Shown piece by piece: positions 11,251 through 24,625 of a stretch of 64,000 bases of DNA. Position numbers and translations under genes: made by a program. The DNA is from Mustelus asterias (taxonomy: Eukaryota). The stretch covers positions 26,660,001-26,724,000 of the forward strand of contig NC_135801.1 of NCBI RefSeq assembly GCF_964213995.1, read 5' to 3'. The notes below the pieces were generated by a model that worked only from the letters and a program-made list of their open reading frames with translations, searched no databases and was not told the origin of the DNA. Positions within the stretch are counted from its first letter, which is position 1, and every line of letters starts with the position of its first letter.

Positions 11251-12158
11251 TTTTCTCTTTCATTATTAGCTACAATGCTCCTTTACGAAGCCCTTTCTGT
11301 TTTCCTCATTCCACTGAGAATGTCACTTCTGTTTTGATTTCTGTTCTTTATTCCACCTACAAACTATTTATCTATGCAAGAATTCCATCTGCACACTCTG
11401 TCAATCTATATCCCCCTGCAGTTTTCCCCATGTCCCCTAATTTGGTATCTTAGCTGCCAGATTAAACAGTGTTCAATCACAAACATCGGCCATATCATCG
11501 CATGCATTACTTTGAAGATTCTGCTCCAGTTAGTTTGCATGGGATTGCACAGACCTGAATTGAAAAATCTATGTCCTCTAACTTTTGCAGCTTAAAGTCT
11601 TCCATGGGGACTGTTGGATCAATAAAGCCTGTTAAAATATTTCTCACCATCATCCCAGTTCTTTTTAATGAGAAACTACATTTACCAAATTGATAGATTT
11701 ATTCTGAGGTAGCCTTTCCAGCGCTTGGCTTTCAAATATTTGGCTTCTGCCCAAAGATAGCATTTTAATGTGTCATCGTGACATTAGCAGGTAACTCCAC
11801 TTCAGAATTCACTGTTTCCAGGAGTTTTTCTGGAGCTTTATATTTTGCTAACATTACTTGCCAGTGTTAATATCAGCAGACTCATTTATAAAGATCAAGT
11901 GGCTAATTTCGGGCTCACTGAACTGATTAATTTGGATTATTACAACTTATAATTGATTGGATGGAAAAACTTACTGTTGGTGATGTTATCACCAGAGAGA
12001 ACACAGAATAAACAGCATCAGCGTATTTTTGGTTCATCGCCATTAATGTTGACAACTTAATGCTCAAATGTTCGATAAAATGACATTGTATATTGCAGTC
12101 GGAGATATTCAATATTATTTAGCGTGTGGGGGAGGGGAGCCGAGGTTTGCAGTAACAT

Positions 12159-12286
12159 GGGCTAGAATTTTACCATCCCGCCTGCCATGGGAATCGGAGC
12201 GGGCGAGGGGCGGACCGTGGAAATGTCTGTTGATCGCATGCAGGACTTTACGGTTTCAGGACAAGCGAGACTGTAAAATCCTGCCC
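12159..12286. mobile_element. Harbinger-type MITE
   Basis: TIR GGGCTAGAATTTTAC / GTAAAATCCTGCCC, TSD CAT. Confidence 0.72.
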
Positions 12287-12361
12287 CATGCACTTGATTC
12301 ACCTAATCCCCAATCACTTCCTTATTAGGCTATTACTAACTTATTGGCGTGAAGGTCATTA

Positions 12362-13750
12362 GAACATAGAACATTACAGCACAGTACAGGCCCTTCGGCC
12401 CTCGATGTTGCACCAACCACTGGAACCAATCTAAAGCCCCTCTAATCTTCAGTATTTCAATATCATCCATATGTTTTTCCAATAACTATTTGAATGCTCT
12501 TAATGTTGATGAGTCCACTACTGCTGCAGGCAGGGCATTCCACACCCTTACTACTCTCTGAGTAAAGAACCTACCTCTAACATCTGTCCCATATCTCTCA
12601 CCCCTCAATTTAAAGCTATGTCCCCTCGTGTTAGCCATCACCATCCGAGGAAAAAGGCTCTCACTATCCACCCTATCTAATCCTCTGATCATCTTGTATG
12701 CCTCTATTAAGTCACCTCTTAACCTTCTTCTCTCTACCGAAAACAACCTCAAGCCCCTAGGCCTTTCCTCATACGATTTTCCCACCATACCAGGCAACAT
12801 CCTGGTAAATCTCCTCTGCACCCTTTCCAACACTTCCACATCTTTCCTATAATGCGGCGACCAGAACTGTATGCAATACTCCAAATGCGGCCACACCAGA
12901 GTTTTGTACAGTTGCAGCATGACCTCCTGGCTCCGAAACTCAATCCCTCTACCAATAAAAGCTAACACACCGTACGCCTTCTTAACAACCCTATCAACCT
13001 GGGTGCCAACTTTCAGGAATCTATGCACATGGATACCCAGATCCCTCTGTTCATCCACACTACCAAGTATCGGGGCGGCACGGTAGCACAGTGGTTAGCA
13101 CTGCTGCTTCACAGCTCCAGGGACCTGGGTTCGATTCCCGGCTCGGGTCACTGTCTGTGTGGAGTTTGCACATTCTCCTCGTGTCTGCGTGGGTTTCCTC
13201 CGGGTGCTCCGGTTTCCTCCCACAGTCCAAAGATGTGCGGGTTAGGTTGATTGGCCAGGTTAAAAATTGCCCCTTAGAGTCCTGAGATGTGTAGGTTAGA
13301 GGGATTAGCGAGTAAATATGTGGGGGTAGGGCCTGGGTGGGATTGTGGTCGGTGCAGACTCGATGGGCCGAATGACCTCCTTCTGCACTGTAGGGTTTCT
13401 ATGATTTCTATGATCTTACCATTAGCCCAGTACTCTGTATTCCTGTTACTCCTTCCAAAGTGAATCACCTCACACTTTTCCGCATTAAACTCCATTTGCC
13501 ACCTCTCAGCCCAGCTCTGCAGCTTATCTATGTCCCTCTGTAACCTGCCACTTCCCTCCGCACTGTCTACAACTCCACCAACTTTAGTGTCATCCGCAAA
13601 TTTACTAATCCATCCTTCCATGCCCTCATCCAGGTCATTAATAAAAATGACAAACAGCAGTGGCCCCAAAACAGATCCTTGCGGTACACCACTAGTAACT
13701 GAACTCCAGGATGAATATTTCCCATCAACCACCACCCTCTGTTTTCTTAC
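12362..13750 (-). mobile_element. CR1/HER1-like LINE, 5'-truncated, RT C-terminal part, interrupted by a SINE
   Basis: ORFs 13274-13903 ([22 protein letters not shown]) and 12486-13058; (GTTCTAT)n-type 3' end at 12362. Confidence 0.95.
13072..13412 (+). mobile_element. HE1 V-SINE inserted in CR1
   Basis: Near-consensus full-length copy; CR1 sequence resumes after it. Confidence 0.93.
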
Positions 13751-13751
13751 A

Positions 13752-14079
13752 GGGCGGCACAGTGACACAGTGATTAGCACTGCTGCCTCACAGCGCCAGG
13801 GACCCAGTTTCGATTCCCGGCTGGGGTCACTGTCTGTGTGGAGTTTGCACGTTCTCCCCCGTGTCTGCGTGGGTTTCCTCCGGGAGCTCCGGTTTCCTCC
13901 CACAGTCCAAAAATGTGCGGGTTAGGTGGATTGGCCATGCTAAAATTGCCCCTTAGTGTCAGGGGGACTAGCTCGAGTAAATGCATGGGGCTACGGGGAG
14001 AGGGCCTGGGTGGGATTGTGGTCGGGTGCAGACTCGATGGGCTGAATGGCCTCCTTCTGCACTGTAGGATTCTGTGATT
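13752..14079 (+). mobile_element. HE1 V-SINE
   Basis: Full-length copy. Confidence 0.92.
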
Positions 14080-14152
14080 ATATTCCACTGACCATGTTAA
14101 TCTTTTCATGTGAAGATTGTTTCCAATTTCTAGTTAAAGAATTATCATTATT

Positions 14153-15763
14153 GGCCCCTAACTTTCTGGATCCCCAGCGTCGGATTTGGTGGGGGATGGG
14201 GGCTGGGGCAGGGGGGGGGTGCGTTGGTGGAGGTGGGGAGCCTCAAAGCTGCACTGGGGAATCCCTCTCGGAAGTATCCGGGTCAGGGTTTATCCAGCAG
14301 TTGTCGAACACAAATTTCCCCTGACACTACTCTGGCAACCATCCAACAAAGCAAGTTAAATCACTAACTTCAGATAGTTCTGTCAGTTTTCTATCAATAT
14401 TTACTCTGAAAGAGTTAGAAGAGATAAAACATGAGAACATAAGAACATAAGAACTAGGAGCAGGAGTAGGTCATCTGGCCCCTCGAGCCTGCTCCACCAT
14501 TCACTAAAATCATGGCTGATCTTTTTGTGGGCTCAGCTCCACTTACCCACCCGCTCACCATAACCCTTAATTCCTTTACTGATCAAAAATCTATCTATCT
14601 TTGCCTTAAAAACATTCAATGAGGTAGCCTCAACTGCTTCACTGGGCAGGGAATTCCACAGATTCACAACCCTTTGTGTGAAGAAGTTCCTCCTCAACTC
14701 AGTCCGAAATCTGCTCCCCCTTATTTTGAGGCCATGCCCCCTAGTTCTAGTTTCACCTGCCAATGGAAACAACCTCACTGCTTCTATCATATCTATTCCC
14801 TTCATAATTTTATATGTTTCTATAAGGTCCCCCTCATTCTTCTAAGTTCCAACGACTATAGTCCCAGTCTACTCAGTCACTCCTCATAAGCCAACCCTCT
14901 CAAACTTCTAACTTCAGCGTAATTATTTTAAACACCCAGATAGAGGCCCACAAGGGACAACCCCCAGGAGACTCCACTACACCTCAGCACCCAACCTCGC
15001 AAGGTATCCCCCACACCCGACACATGCACAGATTTCCCCATCGCCCCCTGCTCTGACCACCTCCCCAACTCCTTCCTCAACCTAACATGATCCCTAACCC
15101 CCAGGGCCCAACGTGACTCCCAAGCCCCTCACACCCAACACAACCCAATACAATCCCCCCACTCCTGAGCCAGCCTTTAACACATCCTCCCTGCCCAACC
15201 CAATCCTCACCTCCCCGACCCTACCCCACAACCACCATGTCCAACCACCCCACCTTTCAATGTCTGACTCCCCCCTCCCAGATGTCCCATCACCCCGCTG
15301 TCTAGCAATCATACCCAGATGTCCAAGCCTCCCTGATATCTGACCCCCTTGAAGTCCAACCCTCCCCCAGTGTCCAACCCCCCCCCGATATCCAACTCTG
15401 ATCCCACCAAAGTCGACACCCCATTGATATCTGATCCCCCACCCCATCCCGATGTCAAACCCATTCCACCATTGTCTGACCACTCTCACCCATGTCTAAG
15501 CTCCCATCCACTACATCCTATTCATTTACCTTCGACACCTAGCTTCTCTCTGGCCTGTCATGTTGAATGGGACATTGAAACTCACCTGCTTTACGGCAAC
15601 TAGTACCTCTTTCACTCCAGTTCATATACACTTGGTTGCTATAGCTGGGAATGCGCTGCACTGTCTGAATCTCACTAGGCCTGAGTCAGGATGGTTGGGT
15701 GAGACAGGCACTTTAGAATTCAGTACAGTGTGGCAATCTGCCACTCCAAGGAAGCTATGGCCC
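14153..15763. mobile_element. Large non-autonomous Harbinger-like element with C-rich degenerate minisatellite and nested CR1
   Basis: Ends GGCCCCTAACTTTCTGG / CCAAGGAAGCTATGGCCC, TSD ATT (14150-14152, 15764-15766); C-rich repeats 14950-15510. Confidence 0.5.
14434..14903 (-). mobile_element. 5'-truncated CR1 LINE
   Basis: ORF 14533-14805 is the CR1 ORF2 C-terminus; (TTCTTATG)n-type 3' end. Confidence 0.92.
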
Positions 15764-15789
15764 ATTATGTTATCACGCAGCACTTGCTT

Positions 15790-16585
15790 AGCAGCTCACC
15801 ACCACCTTCCCAAGGGCAATTAGGGATAGGCAATATGTCCTGGCCTAGCCAGCGATGCCCATATCCCATGAATGAATAATAAAAAAATACAATCTGCTCA
15901 CTGACACTCAGTTTGGATTCTGTCAGGGTCACTCAGATCCTGACCTCATTAAAGTCTTGATTCAAACATGGACAAAAGAGTTGAACTTCAGAGGTGAGGT
16001 GAGAGTTACTGTCCTTGACAGCAAGGCAGTATTTGACCGAGTGTGGCTTCAAGAAGCTCTAGTAAAACTGGAGTCAAAAGGAATCAGAGGCAAAACCATC
16101 CATTGGTTGGAGTCATGCCTGGTATAAAAGGAGATGGTTTTAGTTATTGGAGGTCAATCATCTCAGCTCCAGGACATCTCTGCAGGAGTCCCTCAGGGTA
16201 GTGTCCTAGGCCTAACCATCTTCAGCTGCTTCATCAATGACCTTCTCTCCATCATAAGGTCAGAGGTGGGAATGTTTGTCGATGACGGCACAATGTTCAG
16301 CACCATTCGCAACTCCTCAGATACTGAAGCAATTCATGTCCAAATGTAGCAAGACCTGGACAGTATCCAGCCTTGGGCTGACAAGTGGCAGGTAACATTT
16401 GTGCCACACAAGTGGCAGGCAATGACGATCTCTAACAAGAATGAATCTAACCCTTGCCCCTTGACATTCAATTGCATTACCATCACTGAATCCCCTACTA
16501 TCCTGGAGGTTACCAGTGACCAGAAACTGAACTGGTCTAGCCATATCAATACTGTGACTACAAGAGCAGTCAGAGGCTAGGAATC
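15790..16585 (+). mobile_element. CR1/L2-group LINE fragments (3' end, then RT domain)
   Basis: [58 protein letters not shown]; stops present. Confidence 0.85.
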
Positions 16586-16589
16586 CCAC

Positions 16590-17055
16590 CCACAGAGCTG
16601 ATAGGGAGGGATTTCCAGGATTTTGACCTAGCGACACTGAAGGAACAGCAATTTATTTCCAAGTCAGGATGGTGAATAGCTTGGAGGGGAACTTCCAGGA
16701 GGTGGTGATCCCATTTGCCTGCTGCCCATGTCCTTCTAGGTCGTAGTGATTGTGGGTTTGGAAGGTGCTGTCTAAGGAGGCTTGGTGAGTTCCTGTAGTG
16801 CATCTTGTATATGGCACACACTGCTGTTGCTGTGCATCGATGGTGGAGCGGGTGAATGTTTGTGGATGGGGTGCAAATCAAGCAAACTTCTTTGTCCTGA
16901 ATGGTGTTGAGCTTTTTGAGTGCTGTTGGATTTGCATCCATCCAGGCGAGTGGAGAGAATTCCATCAAAAACCTGAACTTCTGTCTTGTAGATGGTGGGC
17001 AAGTTTTGGGGAGTCAGAAGGTGAGTTAACTCACTGCAGGACTCCTAGCCTCTGC
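16590..17055 (-). mobile_element. Same LINE family, C-terminal fragment in opposite orientation
   Basis: TIYKTEV..MEFSPLAWMDA..TALKKLNTIQDK..IHPLHHRCTA.AVCAIYKMH. Confidence 0.8.
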
Positions 17056-17442
17056 ATTTGCAGATCATACCAAAGTACAAGGGACTTTTAATTTCTTGGA
17101 AGATCAAGGGGAGCTATAAAATGATATCGGTGAGAGAGGAAAATGGGCTAAAAAGTGGCAGATGGAATTCAATGTCAGTTTGTGGAAATCGATGCATTTT
17201 GTAAGAAGAAATAACAGCAGTAATTATACTCTGTATGGATGGAGCTCAGTGCTGTAGAAGAGCAAAGGGATTTGGGAACACAGGTTAATAGGGCATTAAA
17301 ATACAGCACTTCAGGCAGATAAAGCTGTAACAAAAAGCTAATGGAATTCTAGCATTTATCTCAAGAGATATACCATATAAAAGCCAAGAGGTAATGATAA
17401 GCCTATATAAAATCTCAATAAGACCTCAGTTAGAGCATTATG

Positions 17443-18039
17443 GTCGGAAAAAAGATACAGAAGTCTGAGAACATGTACCAACCGACTCAAGAACAGCTTC
17501 TTCCCTGCTGCCATCAGATTTTTGAATGAACCTATCATATATTAAGCTGATCTTACTCTACACCGTATCTGTGACTGCAACACACCCTCTCCTTTCCTTG
17601 TCCCCTTTGAACAGCATGTTTTGCCTGCGTAGCGCACTAGAAACAATACTTCTCACTGTATCCCAATATGTGTGACAATGTGGGAGTGACACGGTGGCAC
17701 AGTTGTTAGCACTGCTGTTTTACAGCGCCAGGGACTCGGGTACAATTCCAGCCTCGGCTGACTGTCTGTGTGGAATTTGCACATTCTCCCTGTGTCTGCA
17801 TGGGTTTCCTCCAAGTGCTCCGGTTTCCTCCCTCAGTCCAAAGATGCATGGGTTAGGTTGATTGGCCACACTAAAATTGCTCCTTAGTGTCAGGGGAATT
17901 AGTAGGATAAATACGTGGGGTTACCGGGATAGGTCCTGGGTGGGATTGGTGTCAGTTCAGGCTTGATGGGCCAAATGGACTCCTTCTGGACTGTAGGGAA
18001 TCTATGATTCTTCTTCAATGAATAATAAATCAAATCAAA
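17443..18039 (+). mobile_element. Rex1/Babar-like LINE 3' end
   Basis: RYRSLRTCTNRLKNSFFPAAIRFLN, then 3'UTR ending AATAAATCAAATCAAA. Confidence 0.7.
17683..18010 (+). mobile_element. HE1 V-SINE
   Basis: Full-length, nested in the Rex1-like tail. Confidence 0.9.
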
Positions 18040-20220
18040 ATTGTACTTTAGATTATAGGAAAGACATATTGAGGCTTTGGAGGGTGTAGAATGCAGATTG
18101 ACGAGGAGACTGCCTGTATGAAGAAATACAAATATGAAGGAAGACGTGAAACTAAGGCTCATTTTTCATTGGAACGGCACAGACTGTGGAGAGCCGTGAT
18201 GGGAGTGTTTATGAAACTTATGAAAAGATGTGACAACAGGATAGATAGAAATACACTGTTCCCATTCGTTGAGTAGTAAAGATCGGGGATGTTAAATGAT
18301 GAGATTAGCTGCAAGTGAACATAGGGAAAGAGAAACTGTTTTACACAATTTCGAGGCCGTGAAGTTTATATACAGGGATAGTGGTTGATGCAAAAATCAC
18401 TTCAATATTGAAGAGAGACCAAGTCGGTTAGGATTATATTCACTGGAGTTTAAAAGAGTGAGGGAGGATCTCATAGAATCTCATAGGCCAAATGGCCTAC
18501 TCCTGCTTCTAGTTTCTATGTTTCTATTTTCTGTTAGATTGAAAAGGTGGATGAAGCAAAAAAGGGTTAAAGGGGATGAGGTGAGTAAATTAGAACGATT
18601 TAATCACAAGGTAATCTGATACATTTTGCTCAACTGCAGCAGGCAACTTTTGACTTCCTTGTGTCCCAGGTTGAATAGTATGAGAGACATGCCTGAAGCA
18701 GCATGCCCTAGCCAAGGTAGAGCGATGGTCAGACAATTGTTAAATATAAGTTTCACTCCATGGATTACGATCACTAAAAAATCTTGCCTTTGTTATTTGT
18801 GAACTACTTGGGAAGCGTATTCAGGTGAAATTTGTTAAATTAATTTTCCACCACTGCCTTAACTTTTAATAAAGAGGGTTATCAATTTATACTCTAACCT
18901 GCGGAGTCTGATAGAACCTTCTGTTTGTTTTCATTCAAAGACAAGAACAAGAGAAGGTTCATTTGAGTGTATCGATGTACAGTAACAGTGTATTAATTTC
19001 AACACTTGGGCCACGCACAATGTGCACAAAAGGTTTCACTTCTCTGCATAGGGAATGAGAGCATGCTCATGGGAGAGTGATCCTTGACACCAAACATGAA
19101 GTAGTATCTAGTGAAGCCCTCACAATGTATGAATGAAGAAAGCATCTATACTATATATTGTAATAGAGTACAATTTTGGACAAGCAGTTGTCTGCACTGC
19201 ATTCCACCATGGAACACTGGGCAACTCTTGAAGCCATCCAGGGCACAATGTTTCGGATGGCAGAGTTCCCCACTCTATCACCGGAAGAGGCAGCGGGAAA
19301 GACAACCCACATTCACATCGGCTGCCCCGCAACCATTGAGTGAGTTCATGAGGAAGTCATGCCTTAGTGGGTTGCTGACCAATATGGAGTCCCAGCAACA
19401 CTAGCAGCCGCAGTGGCCTATACTGGGACCACAGCAGCTCCCAGGTTCAATGTCCCAGAGTCCAGGATCAGGTTACTGTGGTAAGTCTCATGACAGGGTA
19501 GAGAGGTGAGGTCTGAGAGAAAGGGATGGGGGCCTAGATGGAGAGGCCAGGGACTGGGGAAATGAGCTGCGGCGGGAGGTGTCGGGGGAGGAAACTTTGT
19601 AGGGTGGTGCCCGATATAGAAAGGAAGCTGTTGAGTGAAGCTCGGCCCCCTCCTCAGGGCTTGGGTGGTCTGCTGGATTCCCCACATGCCTCACAACTCT
19701 ATCCGCCAGCCTAAAGAATGAATCCACGTGGGTAATACCCCTTATGTGGTCATTAACTGCCTCCTTAAGGGCCTTAACTGAGGCAAGTGTGGATGGGCTG
19801 CCCTACTGTAGAATTGTGGACAGGCCAGGGTCGGCAGGAGGTTGGCTGGAAGGCCACTGGGAGAATTTTACACAGGTCCCCACCTGCAAACCCAGCAGAA
19901 GGGGATGGTAACGTTGCACCAAATGTAACTGTGGGAATTCCAACGGGAGCAGGCATCCATTGCAATTATTTTGCTCCAGGAGTTACAGGAAATTTTGATA
20001 AGATAACATTTCTTCTGCTTCATTGAGGACACAGCGCAACATGTAGGGGCTAAAGAGGCAATTTTTGGAGAAGTAACTGCGTTGCAGAAATGTGTCTTCT
20101 TGTCAATTGGTGAAAATGGCAAAGTCATTGGCCATGCTGAACAAAGCATCTATAATTTTCCTGGAGGATCCTTGGGATATCTGTGGATATAATGAATCAA
20201 ATGTACTCAAAGGACTCAAA

Positions 20221-20827
20221 GGGCAGCACGGCGTCACAGTGGTTAGCACTGCTGCCTCACAGCACCAGATTCAATTCCCGGCTTGGATCACTGTCTGTAT
20301 GGAGTTTGCACATTCTCCCTGTGTCTGCGTGGGTTTCCTCCGGGTGCTCCGGTTTCCTCCTGTGGTGAACCATAGATGGTTATCACTATGGGTACTTGTA
20401 CATATGTTACTCTTGTTACTGTTGGGGTTAGGGTTGGGGTGTTCCACCTGTTATCATTGTTTATGTGGTACACTCCGTTTGGCTCCGCCTTCTTATAGGA
20501 GTATAAAGGTCACTGCTACTTCCTAGTGGCCCTTAGTCTGGGATAGTATTGTTAAGCAGTATGCTCTATTCTTGTTGCGAATAAAAGCCTTTATTCCCAG
20601 GTACGACCTAGCCTCCCGAGTGAATTAATCGCGCATCACCTCCCACATGCCAAAGATGCGCGGCTTAGGTTGATTGGACATGTTAAATTGCCCCTTACTG
20701 TCAGGAGGACTAGCTAGGGTAAATACATGGGGTTATGGGGATAGGGCCCGGGTGGGATTGTGGTCGGTGCAGGCTTGATGGGCCGAATGGTCTCCTTCTG
20801 CCCTGTAGGGATTTTATGATTCTATGA
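20221..20827 (+). mobile_element. HE1 V-SINE split by a solo LTR
   Basis: V domain broken at CCTCC and resuming at 20639. Confidence 0.9.
20361..20638 (+). mobile_element. Solo LTR (278 bp, Gypsy/BEL-like)
   Basis: TG...CA ends, TATAAA (~20502), AATAAA (~20580), 5 bp TSD CCTCC (20356-20360, 20639-20643). Confidence 0.85.
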
Positions 20828-20921
20828 CCTGATGTGCAAAAAATGAAGGATTTGCTTTTGACAGTCACTGGCATCAACTGTGACTCAAGAAATCTCCATC
20901 AACAAGACACCACAACTCTAA

Positions 20922-21045
20922 GGGGGGGGGGTGGAATTTTACACCAGCAGGATTTTATGCTCCCGCCAAAGTCAAGGACTCGTGGATGGCTCGCTGCATT
21001 TTATAGCCCCGCCTCTTCTGTCAAGGGAGCTGTAAAATTCTGCCC
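20922..21045. mobile_element. Harbinger-type MITE
   Basis: GGGTGGAATTTTACA / TGTAAAATTCTGCCC. Confidence 0.65.
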
Positions 21046-21727
21046 ATTGACATTCTCAGTCACAGCATTGGTTGCTGATAGACCCAAAAAAAATACAAAT
21101 GAGCCTATCAGCAAATTCAGAGCTCTCAGGCTTTGATTGATGCCCCAAAGCCACCAGCTAGCATGGGGCCTCCACTTTGGTTGGGGCCCTGGGGTTCTCT
21201 GTGCCTAGGCACGATGTGTTTCATTGTAAGTCTGCCTCTGAGAGGTGTTGCTTGGACTAAGCCATTAGCTTTCCCCTTCTCAACTCCTAGTCACGTGGCT
21301 CCCTCTTACCTCTTCATGTGGGCCGTACTGTTTCTCCCATCCCACACATCAATCCTCTCAGCCCCAAACACCTTAGGACCCTATTTTTCCTGCTCTCTTG
21401 TTGGTCCTTGCAGCCAGTTACAGCAGTAACGGAGCATGTAGTCCTGTAAACACAGCAAACAAAGTAATGCATGTTATTGTTCAGCTGTCAGTTCACATGA
21501 CCTGCCTGCTGCAAAATCAGTGTTATATGAAGGTTGGCGACATGCCTTACGTACAATGTGTAACCCTTGAAACTGGGCGCCCTTTGCATTTAAATGGCCA
21601 ACATTGTCATGGCAACAGGAAACTGGGACTGAGTGAAATCTACCATCTACAACTTCACCAGCTACCCACAGACATATTGAACTGTGTAAAGAAGATATGT
21701 TTAAAAAAAAATACGAGAAAATATACT

Positions 21728-21903
21728 GGGGGGATTCTCTGGCCTCTCCGTGGCATGTTTCTCATAGCGGGAGGCAGAATGCCACTTGCTGGTGGCAGGA
21801 TCTTCTGGACTGCACCCCACACCACTGGGAAATCCCTGGCAGGAGTGCGCCATTGGCAGGACCAGAAGATCCCATCCACGTGAACAGCTGGAACGTTCCG
21901 GCT
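21728..21903. mobile_element. Harbinger-type MITE (degenerate)
   Basis: Internal similarity to other copies (GAAGATCCC motif); eroded TIRs. Confidence 0.5.
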
Positions 21904-22117
21904 ACTGATCGATACTAACAGTCACCTGATGTTTGGTGTTGTAAGTGACCACTTTTCTGGAAAGTTCCTAAATTGTTTGTACTGCAGATCTGCTCTCAGA
22001 TGTTGCATACATTCTCACACTTGGGGACTGTCAGCGTCCTCATCAAGCAGGGAATCTTGAAGGAAAGGCATTAACAATGCAAAGTGCTAGACTTTTAATC
22101 CATTGTGATGCTGTGAA

Positions 22118-22403
22118 AAGTTTAAGTTTATTTATTGGTCACAAGTAAGGCTTACATTAACACTGCAATGAAGTTACTGTGAAATTCCCCTAGTCACCAC
22201 ACTCCCGGCACCTGTTCAAGTCAATGCACCTAACCAGCACGTCTTTCCGACTGTGGGAGGAAACTGGAGCACCCGGAGGAAACCCATGCAGACACGGGGA
22301 GAACGTGCAGACTCCACACAGACAGTGACCCAAGACAGGAATTGAACCCGGGTCCCTGGTGCTGTAAAGTAGCAGTGCTGACCACTGTGCCGCCGTGCTG
22401 CCC
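22118..22403 (-). mobile_element. V-SINE, alternative tail
   Basis: Reverse-complement copy. Confidence 0.88.
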
Positions 22404-23855
22404 ATGGCCTCCTCACATTAACCCCTGGTCAAGCCACTCTCCCATGGCCCATTACCAATAACCCCTGGAAGTAGTACTCGCATTATGAGTAGGTAATCTG
22501 ATAATAATTAAAATGTTCTGTGGCGCTGTGAGGCAACAGTGCTAACCACTGTGCCACCCAAGCAATTGAAGACACTGTGATGGTAATGGAAACTGCTACC
22601 CAGCTAGTTGCACCCCCCAGTTGCTCAGAATCCCCCTGCGAACAATGAAATAACCCCATCTCCTGTTGATTTGTATTTCAGAAATGTGTCAAAATCTCTC
22701 TGAGATGAAAGATTAAAAACTGGGATCACTACAACAATAGATACAAGACATGCTAATGGAGTTCCCTTCCGGGAATATACAAAAATTAGTTTAAAACTGG
22801 CTCTGGCAAGCAGAGATGGGACAAGCAGGAAGAGAAAAAAAAACATGACAGTCATCTGAAGCCTTGCTAGTAAAGAATAGGAAAGACATCTCTCTCTCTG
22901 AAGCCAGAATGCCTTCAACAGAGTGCAGACCTAAACAAATCCAATGCCAGACTTCTATTGGAAGCCACCTAACTTCAAACGGCTGCAATGTTCCACAATC
23001 TCCACCTCATGGACAAGCAAAGGTCTTACTCATATATTCTTTTAACCTTCATTTTGTACTGTAACTTTCTTACTTTTGAAAACTAAACTTCTGCAGAATA
23101 TTACCCCTTCAGCCTCAATAGTGCAGATCTTGCCAGTTCTAAACTATTCTGCTCAAGACTTTTGCTTCTGTCCTGTGGATCCTTTCGGTCCTAATGTTAT
23201 TATGACCTTCATGGGGAAGATATCCTTGGTTTTTGCCAATTGATAAATTGAATCTATTTATTGTGCACCAACATTGCAAATGCAATATGCATGAGTTTAA
23301 TGCAATACATAACGGCAATGAAATGCAGCTGGGTTTGTTAAGAATTAGAGCAAGATCGAGTGTGGTCCCTCAAAATCATTAGGATTGTTTTCTAATCCAC
23401 CACAATGTATCAGTAAAATTTCGCACTTATTTTAAATAACAAATTCTTTCCTAAACGGAGAAGCAGTATCGTTAATGAATTTTATCTCCTGTGTCAGTGA
23501 CAATAAAGCCCACTCCATGAGTTACTTATAGCGCATAAGGGATTTGTTATAACAGAACACAGTGCATTTAATTAGTTGGGATCAAGCCCCCAAAATGGGT
23601 TCAATTGGCATTTAGTCCACTAGCATTAAGGATACTGCTGTTAGATCCATATTTAAAAAGGAAACGGCATTACAGCTGTCATCTGTGCTTAAAGGAAAGA
23701 GTACTATTTTCAGCCTATTATTGTGTTAGAATAAGAACTACTGACAGTCAAAAATTAAGGTCCTCAATATCATGATGTTAACCCCTGATAGATATTGGCA
23801 AAATTCATCTCTTAGCATGTGGTATGGTATTTTATAAATTATTGGCTGGGAGGAC

Positions 23856-24148
23856 CATAAAAGCATAGATCCTGACTGTGCGGAAGAGGCCATTCGGCCC
23901 ATTGTGTCTGCACCGACTCTCCGGCAGAGTAACTTACCAAGGCCCTTTCTCCCACCGTATCCCCATAGCCCCCCACACATTTCCCATGGCTAATCTATCG
24001 AACCAACACATCTTGGGACACTAAGGGGCAATTTAGCATAGCCAATAGTCCCACACCCACATCTTTGGACTGTGGGAGGAAACTGGAGCACCCAGAGGAA
24101 AACCACGCAGAAATCAGGAGGACGTGTAAACTCCACACAGACAGTCAT
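23856..24148 (-). mobile_element. HE1 V-SINE (head missing)
   Basis: Tail and V domain on the minus strand. Confidence 0.82.
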
Positions 24149-24308
24149 TGTTAACTTATTGGTACAGGGAATTAATTACTAAAATCTTACACTTGAATTC
24201 ATATTATCATCCTGATTTTGGAGCAAGTATTGTATTAGCTAACTAATTCAAACAAATAATGTACATATTGATATGGTAGCACTTCATTTACCAGCTTTGG
24301 GTGTTACA

Positions 24309-24625
24309 GGTGACATGGTGGCACAGTGGTTAACACTGCTGCCTCAGAGCACCAGGGACCCAGGTTCAATTCCGGCCTCAGGTCACTGTGTGGAGTTTTC
24401 ACATTCTCCCCGTGTCTGCGTGGGTTTCCTCCGGGTGCTCCGGTTTCCTCCCACATCCAAAGATAATGCAGTTAGGTGGATTGGCCATGCTAAATTGCCC
24501 CTTAGTGTCAGGGGGACTAGCAGGGTAAATACATGGGGTTACATGGATAGGGCCTGGGTGGAATTGTGGTTGGTGCAGACTTGATGGGCCAAATGGCCTC
24601 CTTCTGTACTGTAAGGATTCTATGA
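24309..24625 (+). mobile_element. HE1 V-SINE
   Basis: Full-length copy. Confidence 0.9.

Larger units (their letters stand above)
17130..18420 (+). mobile_element. Old CR1 LINE remnant with nested Rex1-like fragment and SINE
   Basis: WAKKWQMEFNV..EEQRDLG..RPQLEHY, resuming after 18040 with YRKDILRL.. and FSLERHRL. Confidence 0.7.

Noticed and set aside
13072-13150. tRNA genes at SINE heads
   Set aside because: A/B boxes are present but run directly into the V domain; these are tRNA-derived heads only.
14950-15510. Pro-rich / Gly-Trp-rich ORFs
   Set aside because: Products of a C-rich degenerate minisatellite inside a probable non-autonomous DNA element.
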